This document shows, in pieces, positions 1 to 6,399 of a stretch of DNA of 42,605 nucleotides. The notes below the pieces were generated by a model. The model saw nothing but the letters and a program-made list of their open reading frames with translations, was not told where the DNA came from and searched no databases. Each line of letters opens with the position of its first letter. The first letter of the stretch is position 1. The stretch comes from a virus (lineage: Duplodnaviria > Caudoviricetes), in the IMG/VR virus record IMGVR_UViG_3300045285_000090, positions 1 to 42,605 of that record, one strand, 5' to 3'. Position numbers and translations under genes: made by a program.

Positions 1-127
1 GCGATCTCACGCAGCGCGGTCGTGGCCTCATCGTTCACGCGGCCGCCGGTGATCTTGGCGAACCACTCCGCGAACGATTGGTTCTTCAGCGCGTCAGACA
101 TCCGCGCTCCTCTCTCCGTGCTCGTTG
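1..127. repeat. Terminal overlap identical to 42479-42605 (circular assembly junction)
   Basis: 127-nt exact direct repeat at both ends; 127 is a common assembler k-mer; ORF 94-444 couples to ORF 42232-42579 across the junction. Confidence 0.95.
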
Positions 128-444
128 GCGTTGGCCTCGACGATGACCGCGAGCACGGACGCGATCGCCTCAAGGGACATGGACGGGAGCGCGGGGAGGG
201 TCTTGATCCGGTGGGTCTCGTCTTCGATCACGAGGTCGAACAGGCCGTCACGGAACTCGACCGAGATCGCGATCCGGCCCTCGGTCGCCACTGCGCCGAG
301 CTGTCCGATCCGGTAGACCGTGTCGAAGATCGCGCCGGGGATGGCCTCGGTCTGGTGGGCCGGGCGCAGTCGCGCGACGCGGTCGCGCTCGTCGGCGATC
401 AACCGTTGCGTCGGATCCAGAGGGACCACGCGGCCGCTGTTCAC
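94..444 (-). CDS. Hypothetical early protein
   Basis: 116-aa ORF, GTGA-coupled to the upstream gene; its stop overlaps the start of the DUF2303-partner gene across the junction. Confidence 0.7.
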   Translation of the reverse strand: MNSGRVVPLDPTQRLIADERDRVARLRPAHQTEAIPGAIFDTVYRIGQLGAVATEGRIAISVEFRDGLFDLVIEDETHRIKTLPALPSMSLEAIASVLAVIVEANANEHGERSADV

Positions 445-845
445 GCGACGGCCTCCACGATCGGCACGATCCGGAACTGCCCGTGGCTGATCGAGAGCTC
501 GATCTCATCGGTACGGGTCGCGGCGGTGCTGAGGACACGACCGAGAGCGAACCGCTCAGCCGCTCGCTGCTGGGCGTAGACGGCGACGAGGGCCCCGTCG
601 GTGAAGACGTAGTAACCGTCCCCCCGCTTCTCGACGGCGATCTGGATCACGCGGCGCCCTCCTCGGGAAGCTCGCCCGAGGCACGAAGAGCGGAGAGCGG
701 AGAGGTGCTGGTAGACCGCCTGTGTGGTGATACCGCTCTGCGCCGCGATCTCCCTTGGAGAGCGACCCTGTTGGGCGAGCTTCAGGACCATCTCGCGCGT
801 TTCTCCGCGGCCCCTTAGGGCGCCACCCCTAATCCGTTCGGTCAC
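441..845 (-). CDS. Cro-like HTH DNA-binding protein
   Basis: N-terminal HTH (GRSPREIAAQSGITTQAVYQHL); divergent from the repressor; GTG start coincides with the predicted transcription start. Confidence 0.75.
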   Translation of the reverse strand: MTERIRGGALRGRGETREMVLKLAQQGRSPREIAAQSGITTQAVYQHLSALRSSCLGRASRGGRRVIQIAVEKRGDGYYVFTDGALVAVYAQQRAAERFALGRVLSTAATRTDEIELSISHGQFRIVPIVEAVA

Positions 846-851
846 GCGGCC

Positions 852-880
852 AAACTAGACGGGATTCCGACTCTTGTCAA
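852..880 (-). promoter_or_regulatory. Leftward (lytic) promoter TTGACA-N17-TAGTTT
   Basis: -35 at 880-875, -10 at 857-852 on the - strand; predicted TSS about 845, the GTG of the Cro-like gene. Confidence 0.75.
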
Positions 881-902
881 GAGACTTCCGGCCACCTAGG
901 CT
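874..902 (+). promoter_or_regulatory. Rightward (repressor) promoter TTGTCA-N17-TAGGCT, overlapping palindrome CTCTTG-T-CAAGAG (871-883)
   Basis: -35 at 874-879, -10 at 897-902; shares its -35 region with the leftward promoter. Confidence 0.65.
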
Positions 903-929
903 CACATACCGTCGACCTTGGAGTGGAAC

Positions 930-1298
930 ATGGCTGATAGCGCTGCAACCCTGTCTGAGCGCCCACCCGCTTGGGTGATCCTGGCGGAGAACGTCTACCG
1001 CGCTCGCACGAATCGGCACCCTCGCTGGTCCCAGGGCACACTCGCCGAGCGGTCTGGGGTCAGCCTCACCACGATCAAGGCGATCGAGACCTGCCGGAAC
1101 TCAGCGGCTCCGCCCTACTCGACAGGCAGCGAGAACATCGAGCGGCTCGCCGCTGCACTCGGCCGATCACCCGAGGTGCTCTACTCTTGGCCGCCTCGCG
1201 CCGGAGACTGGCCTACGCCCTCTTACCGAAGTGGGAAGTCGAAGCGGTCCTCACGGATGTCCTCCTCCAACCAACCTCCTCTCGCTGTTGTGCAGTAG
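930..1298 (+). CDS. XRE-family immunity repressor (CI-like)
   Basis: HTH_XRE motif WSQGTLAERSGVSLTTIKAIE...IERLAAALG; GGAG RBS at 920-923 favours ATG 930. Confidence 0.85.
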   Translation: MADSAATLSERPPAWVILAENVYRARTNRHPRWSQGTLAERSGVSLTTIKAIETCRNSAAPPYSTGSENIERLAAALGRSPEVLYSWPPRAGDWPTPSYRSGKSKRSSRMSSSNQPPLAVVQ

Positions 1299-1344
1299 CC
1301 CCAACGTCTGACCAGCGGAGTTGCGCCTAAGCGGTAAGGCACTG

Positions 1345-2235
1345 ATGATGGCCGCGACCGTGAGCGCTTCCCCACAGCCGCTCAGGGCGGTTGGAGATGG
1401 GTCACTGGAGGGGCTCTGGGCGCTCCTGGACGCCTGGAGCGATCACCTCGTCTCCCGTGGCATCGCCGATGCGACCCGCGACCAATACGAGCAGTACCTC
1501 CTGCGGGCGCTCCGTCGGATGCGGGCTGCACCGGAGACTGTCACGACCCGTCAGCTCGAGGGGTTCATCGCGGGCGTGCCCCAGAAAGGGTCGAGCCGAT
1601 CGGCCTACGTGTCCGCCTTCCGATCGTTCTTCCGGTTCGTTCACCGTGAGCAGCTCCGGTCGGACAACCCCGCCGTCGACCTTCGGACCAAGCCGCCGAA
1701 GTACCCGGACCCCGACTACTTCGAGCCGGAGGAGGCGAGGCGGATCATCGAGGCCGCGACCATGAAGCATCCGCGCCGTGGGTGGGCGATCACGCTGCTC
1801 TTCGAGACGGGCGCGAGGATCGGCTCGGTCGCGGCCGCCGCGCCGACCGACATCCGTGACGGCCGGATCCAGCTCCGGGTGACGAAGGGCGATCGGCCAT
1901 ACTCCCTGCCTCTCACGCCGGCGGCCCAGGTCGCCGTCCGCGAGCTCGAGGCGATGATGGCGCCAGATCAGGCGACCCTCGTTGGGGTCAAGAAGGAGCG
2001 CCTCGGGCAGTGGTTCCACGCGGCGGCACTCACGGCCGGCTTCCCGCCGGGCCGGGTCCATGCGCACCTCGCTCGGCACACCGCGGCGACCCTGTTCTAC
2101 CGGCGGACTCGCGACGTGATGGCCACCCAGCGCTACCTGAACCACGCCGACCTGTCCCAGGTCATGCGGTACGTCCGGGTCGCCGACGACCAGCTGGCCG
2201 AACCCCTCATGACCTCGATCCTTGAGCCCGACTGA
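1345..2235 (+). CDS. int: Tyrosine recombinase/integrase, XerC/D-like, no N-terminal arm-binding domain
   Basis: Catalytic set R (ETGAR), K (VTKGD), HxxR (HLARH), H (LNH), Y (VMRY); SAM-like core-binding domain ending DNPA; about 296-304 aa (start 1321/1345/1348 uncertain). Confidence 0.92.
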   Translation: MMAATVSASPQPLRAVGDGSLEGLWALLDAWSDHLVSRGIADATRDQYEQYLLRALRRMRAAPETVTTRQLEGFIAGVPQKGSSRSAYVSAFRSFFRFVHREQLRSDNPAVDLRTKPPKYPDPDYFEPEEARRIIEAATMKHPRRGWAITLLFETGARIGSVAAAAPTDIRDGRIQLRVTKGDRPYSLPLTPAAQVAVRELEAMMAPDQATLVGVKKERLGQWFHAAALTAGFPPGRVHAHLARHTAATLFYRRTRDVMATQRYLNHADLSQVMRYVRVADDQLAEPLMTSILEPD

Positions 2236-2312
2236 TGGCCCCCGGCACTCGCCCTGACCAGGCCTTTCGGCCGATTCGGATGTCAGACCCAGCCGCTAGA
2301 GTGGGCGGTGAC

Positions 2313-2401
2313 GGTGGGTTGCCGGAGCGGCCTAACGGGACGGGTTGATACCCCGTTGAGTTCACCCAAGAGCTCCGTGGGTTCGAATCCCACACCCACC
2401 G
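2313..2401 (+). tRNA. Class II tRNA with anticodon GAT (Ile) on a tRNA-Ser-like body; CCA not encoded
   Basis: Acceptor GGTGGGT/ACCCACC, D arm CCG..CGG, anticodon stem ACGGG/CCCGT with loop TTGATAC, long variable stem GAGTTC/GAGCTC, T arm GTGGG-TTCGAAT-CCCAC, discriminator G. Confidence 0.92.
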
Positions 2402-2438
2402 CCGTACCACCCTCAAGAGCTCTTGGGACCTCGTGAAA

Positions 2439-2470
2439 AGACAGGGACCCCCGCGAGGGGGTCCCTGTCT
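2439..2470. terminator. Strong hairpin, probable intrinsic terminator after the tRNA
   Basis: 14-bp perfect stem AGACAGGGACCCCC/GGGGGTCCCTGTCT with GCGA loop; U-tract only on the - strand. Confidence 0.7.
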
Positions 2471-2566
2471 CATTGAGTTCTCCCAAGAGCACAGTCATCA
2501 TCGCACGAATCGGGGTTCACCTGTGTCGGACGTTCGGGGGATAGGCGTTGGTTTACCGACCGATGA

Positions 2567-2586
2567 CCGATTGCCCGGGGCAATCG
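2567..2586. promoter_or_regulatory. Palindromic site TTGCCC-N-GGGCAA, copy 1 of 6
   Basis: CCGATTGCCCGGGGCAATCG, intergenic, upstream of the 2631 operon; other copies at 15433, 20113, 23029, 30115 and 38885. Confidence 0.7.
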
Positions 2587-2630
2587 TGGTCGGGGTAGGG
2601 TGCTGCATCGGCACAACCCGAGGAGGCGCC

Positions 2631-2948
2631 ATGACAGGGATGCAGACCGACTCCGACAAGCCTGGCAGCTCGCTGCTCATCGTCGTCGTGCTCCAAGTGT
2701 TCGCGCTCCTCGATCTCCTCGGCGGCGCAATCCTGTTCTTCAACGCGAAGACCACATCGGTCACCGGCTTTACCGGCGGCCTCGCCGATCTGAGTCCGAC
2801 GACCGCTGAGAGTCACGATTGGGCCACGGGCCTCGTGTACCTCGCGGCGGCGATCTTCGCTGCAGCATTGCTCGGGGGGTTCGCACACCTCATCGCCGAC
2901 GTCCATGATCTGAAGTACCGGACCCCCGCCGGCGACGAGAGACACTGA
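2631..2948 (+). CDS. Two-TM membrane protein (lysogenic cargo)
   Basis: AGGAGG RBS at 2621-2626; two hydrophobic segments. Confidence 0.75.
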   Translation: MTGMQTDSDKPGSSLLIVVVLQVFALLDLLGGAILFFNAKTTSVTGFTGGLADLSPTTAESHDWATGLVYLAAAIFAAALLGGFAHLIADVHDLKYRTPAGDERH

Positions 2949-3394
2949 TGCGGTTCCTAACGAGGCACGTCCTTGGCGCCACACTGCTCCTCACTGCAGC
3001 CTGCGGTGGGTCGACAACGGTGGTCGTGACGTCGCCGGCCGCGGCGCCGACGACCTCCAGTTTCGCGTTGCCGTCCCCTTCCACACCCGACAGCGTGATC
3101 TTCACCTACGAGATCCAGGCGGACACAGGGCCAGGCCTGCCCGAGAAGCCGATGACGATCACGTACTCAACGGGCTTCGGCACTCGGACGGTGCACACCA
3201 CCGATCAGAACTGGTCTCGGAACGTCGAGATCGAGAACGGCGCCGACATCTACCTCTTCGTCCAAGCCTCAATCTTCACCAGCGTCAGCTGCGACGCCGA
3301 CAGTCTGTTCGCACTCAACACGCTGAAGGGGCGCGAGGATGTCGCCCACGGCGGGTGGACCTGCGAGGTCAAACGTCGGAGCGTGAGCTGGTAA
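2948..3394 (+). CDS. Lipoprotein (possible superinfection exclusion)
   Basis: Signal peptide with lipobox LTAAC followed by a Ser/Thr/Pro linker; TGATG coupling. Confidence 0.75.
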   Translation: MRFLTRHVLGATLLLTAACGGSTTVVVTSPAAAPTTSSFALPSPSTPDSVIFTYEIQADTGPGLPEKPMTITYSTGFGTRTVHTTDQNWSRNVEIENGADIYLFVQASIFTSVSCDADSLFALNTLKGREDVAHGGWTCEVKRRSVSW

Positions 3395-3407
3395 CCCTGG
3401 GGACATG

Positions 3408-3455
3408 ACGAAAGACCCCCCGACTCCGGGTACCGAAGTCGGGGGGTCTTTTCGT
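3408..3455. terminator. Bidirectional intrinsic terminator between convergent arms
   Basis: Stem AAAGACCCCCCGACT/AGTCGGGGGGTCTTT with T-tracts on both strands. Confidence 0.85.
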
Positions 3456-3473
3456 GGTGCCTCTCGCGAGGTC

Positions 3474-3890
3474 CTACTCGGCCGGGTCGATCAGCTCCGC
3501 GGTTCCGAAGCTGTTCGCGACCTTCGCCTCCGAGCTGTTCTTGTCCATCCGTTCGTGTTGGTAGCCCGCCATGCCGGCCATCCCGACCGCGGTGAGTACC
3601 TGGCCCCACACGCCGGCGAGCGCCGTGGTGGTCGACAACGCCGGCACCTGAGCGACGAGCGCCGCGGCCAGGTTGATCTGGAAGGCCAGGCACACGGCGA
3701 TCGCGATCACGAACGCGGCAGCGATCCACAGGATCTTGAACCTGGGGTCGTCGTCCTTGTCGAAGTAGCGGATCCCGTCGACGAGCTTCGTGAGGCCCGT
3801 TGCGAGCGGACCGAAGACCACCACGAACGCGGCGATCAGTGCGAAGACCGGCGCGAGCTGTCCGACATCGACAGTCGTCTGTCCGATCAT
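3474..3890 (-). CDS. Holin-like membrane protein
   Basis: About three hydrophobic segments; last gene of the lysis block. Confidence 0.6.
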   Translation of the reverse strand: MIGQTTVDVGQLAPVFALIAAFVVVFGPLATGLTKLVDGIRYFDKDDDPRFKILWIAAAFVIAIAVCLAFQINLAAALVAQVPALSTTTALAGVWGQVLTAVGMAGMAGYQHERMDKNSSEAKVANSFGTAELIDPAE

Positions 3891-4288
3891 GCTGTCCCCC
3901 TTTCTGTTGTCCGTTCCTTGACGATGTCCAGCTCCTCGCGGAGCTGGAGGTTCTGCATCTCGAGCTCACCGACGCGCTGCGTGAGGCGGCCGCGTTCGGT
4001 CTCGAGCTCCTCGATGCGGACTCTGTTCCGCTCCGCCTCGGCGGCCACCGTTGCGAGCTCGTCGACCCGCTGCGCGAGCGACGCGTTGTCCTCCTTGACC
4101 CGATCGAGCTCAGCGCGGAGCGACTCGATCACGCCGCTCTGGACGACGACGGCGCCCTCCGCCGCGGTCACCGCGATCTGGCCGGCCTCGCGCGGGGTCT
4201 TCAAGATCACGGCGAGGCCGGCGACGACGCCGCTCACGAGCACGCCGACGGTCACCGCCTGCGTCAGGTCAAGCGCGAGGGCGAGCAT
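3887..4288 (-). CDS. Membrane-anchored coiled-coil protein (lysis cassette)
   Basis: N-terminal TM then a long heptad-rich region, common next to actinophage lysins. Confidence 0.65.
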   Translation of the reverse strand: MLALALDLTQAVTVGVLVSGVVAGLAVILKTPREAGQIAVTAAEGAVVVQSGVIESLRAELDRVKEDNASLAQRVDELATVAAEAERNRVRIEELETERGRLTQRVGELEMQNLQLREELDIVKERTTERGTA

Positions 4289-4691
4289 CGACGACCCTCC
4301 CCGAGCTGCGGATCGCGTGGACCCTGTAGACGGCGATGACGAACAGGAGTCCGAGGATCGCCACGGTCAGCCACGTTCCTGACAGGGATCCAACGCCGAA
4401 GCTCGCGAAGACGACGACCTGGACCGCGGCGCCGGCCGCGATCAAGCACCACCCGCCCGCCTCGAGGTTGGCGAGGGGGCGCCGTGCGATGAACGAGATG
4501 AGGAGCAGCGCGCCGGCGATGCCGTACATGACGGCCCAGACCGAGTCCCATGGCGCCGCGATCGCGTGGATCGGGTTGCGGGTCGGATCCCGGAAGAACC
4601 CGATCACGTTGGCGACGGCCACCACCGCGATCCAGGCGTCGCCACCTCGAGCAAGGAGTCGACCTATCCAGCGGGGCGCGCGCGCCCTCAT
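4269..4691 (-). CDS. Four-TM membrane protein (holin candidate)
   Basis: ATG 4691 is ATGA-coupled to the lysin stop; MRARAPRW... with four hydrophobic stretches. Confidence 0.65.
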   Translation of the reverse strand: MRARAPRWIGRLLARGGDAWIAVVAVANVIGFFRDPTRNPIHAIAAPWDSVWAVMYGIAGALLLISFIARRPLANLEAGGWCLIAAGAAVQVVVFASFGVGSLSGTWLTVAILGLLFVIAVYRVHAIRSSGRVVDARPRA

Positions 4692-5443
4692 GGTTTGCCG
4701 TTGATGGCGACGATCCGTGCGATGGCGACGACGTGGGCCCAGTCGCAGTAATAGCCGTCGATCGTCGGGCGGATCTGCGTGCCGACGCCGAGCGTCGCAC
4801 GGTGCCAACCCGCCGGCGCGACCGCGTCGTGGGGTTCTGCGTCGATCACGCGACCGCCGAGTTGCCCATCGAGGTAGGTCGAGACGTGCGGGATCTTCCC
4901 GCTGGGCTCGCGACGGTGGAAGATGCGATCGCCGGGCTGGATCTGCGAGCGCTCGATCCACAGGAACCCGTCGCGCGGGCCGACCTCGTGATACTGCTGA
5001 TCGGCGTTGTGCGGCAAGTAGATGCCCTGGCGGCCGTGCGACCACTTCGTGTCGCCGCTGCAGTCGGCGAACCCCGAGGGAGGCTCGTAGCCGAGCTTGT
5101 ACTGGGTCCCGAGAACTGTGAGCAGGTCCTCGCAGATCCGCACGCCGAGGTCCTTGGACTCGACGAAGATCCGCCGGAAGACCATCTTGAAGCCGTCGGC
5201 GAGCGACTCCACCTCGACGAGCTCCCCGTGATCCAGCAGCGGCTCGAGGTAGCGATCGACGATGTCGAGCGTGCGCTTGGGCCCGGGCTTTCCATCCGGT
5301 CGCACGCGCAGCGTGAACCCCTTGCCGCGGTGGAACCGGAGCGCGTCGTGGCCGTGGACCCACATCCGGGCGAAGGTCGGGGCGCCGTCTGTCCACTGCG
5401 GGTCGCCGTCTGCCTCGGCACGCTGGTAGCGAGGATGATCCAT
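4688..5443 (-). CDS. Endolysin with NlpC/P60 peptidase domain
   Basis: GTQYKLG...DCSG...LPHNADQQ...IQPGDRIF...HVSTY motifs; RBS GGAGA before ATG 5443. Confidence 0.8.
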   Translation of the reverse strand: MDHPRYQRAEADGDPQWTDGAPTFARMWVHGHDALRFHRGKGFTLRVRPDGKPGPKRTLDIVDRYLEPLLDHGELVEVESLADGFKMVFRRIFVESKDLGVRICEDLLTVLGTQYKLGYEPPSGFADCSGDTKWSHGRQGIYLPHNADQQYHEVGPRDGFLWIERSQIQPGDRIFHRREPSGKIPHVSTYLDGQLGGRVIDAEPHDAVAPAGWHRATLGVGTQIRPTIDGYYCDWAHVVAIARIVAINGKP

Positions 5444-5490
5444 GCTGGGGTCTCCTTCAGGTGTGGGGACAACGGACTGGGGGTCGCCGA

Positions 5491-6399
5491 CTACGGAGTG
5501 CCGGCGTGGACGCCCCAGTAGCCCTGGAACTCCTCGCTCACGACCTGCTCGACCGTGCAACTGGTCGGGCTGAGCAGGTCGCCGTCGCCCGAATAGTCAG
5601 CCTCGACGAGGTAGGAGCCGGGCGAGCCGAACGTCAGGTCGATCGAGGCGCTGCCACCCGACACCGACACGGTGCCCTGCGACACGCCGTCGATGAAGAA
5701 CTCGACCGTCCCGGTGATGGTCCCGGTGAACCCCGACGCGAAGATGTCCGCCTCGAAGTGCACCGAGGCGCCCGGCGTCGACGGGTTCGGCGTCGGGGTC
5801 AGGTTGCACGACGTGAAGACTTCCGCGAGGAACATCGCGAACGCGGCGATGATGTCGCCGGTGTTCACGACGGGGCCGAAGGTCCAGTCGTAACTGAAAC
5901 TCGCGGGCTCGTCCCCCACGTCGGCGAAGTAGACGAACCCGTCGTCTGCCACAGGGGACGGGGAAGGCGTGCCGCCGAACGATGCGCCGGTCCCGGAGGC
6001 GAACAGCGCGACGTGCGGGTCGCCGCCGAAACTCGTGGTCCCGGTTATCTCGCGGTCCGGCCCGTGCGACCGGTCCGAGTTGAAGACGATGAAGCTCTCG
6101 ATCTCGCGCGTCGCATCGGGTGTCCACGAAGTCGCGACGCAATGGTCGCCCCCACCGCTCGTAGCCGGGTTGAAGACAGACCCGCTGAGCGTCGAGCCCT
6201 CGGTGCCATCGGCGACACGCGACAAGAACTGCCCACCCAGGGCCGTGTTCTGCTCCGTCCACCCGGTGAGCAGGAAGCTGCCGCTGAGCACACCCTCGAA
6301 ATAGATGACCAACAGGTCACCGACCGAGTACGACGGCAGGTTCGGGGCCGTGGACCCGTTCAACGTGGTGAACGCGTAGTCGTTGAGGGTCGCGGTCAG
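5491..6399 (-). CDS. Minor tail/virion protein with C-terminal bacterial Ig-like domain
   Basis: C-terminal PNPSTPG...TGTVEFFIDG...GSYLVEADYSGD (Big_3-like); start either CTG 6399 (RBS GGAGGT, stop overlap) or TTG 6363. Confidence 0.75.
   Translation of the reverse strand: MTATLNDYAFTTLNGSTAPNLPSYSVGDLLVIYFEGVLSGSFLLTGWTEQNTALGGQFLSRVADGTEGSTLSGSVFNPATSGGGDHCVATSWTPDATREIESFIVFNSDRSHGPDREITGTTSFGGDPHVALFASGTGASFGGTPSPSPVADDGFVYFADVGDEPASFSYDWTFGPVVNTGDIIAAFAMFLAEVFTSCNLTPTPNPSTPGASVHFEADIFASGFTGTITGTVEFFIDGVSQGTVSVSGGSASIDLTFGSPGSYLVEADYSGDGDLLSPTSCTVEQVVSEEFQGYWGVHAGTP

Noticed and set aside
1-127. Physical direct terminal repeat of the virion DNA
   Set aside because: The length equals a common assembler k-mer and it falls mid-operon; more likely a circularisation overlap
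2344-2350. Reading the tRNA as ordinary tRNA-Ser(TGA)
   Set aside because: Centring TGA breaks the anticodon stem (GACGG against CCCCG) and puts T at position 37; only the GAT register gives five Watson-Crick pairs, U33 and A37
2313-2401. tRNA-Sec that would decode the UGA at 37707
   Set aside because: The anticodon is not TCA, the acceptor stem is 7 bp and the D stem is short
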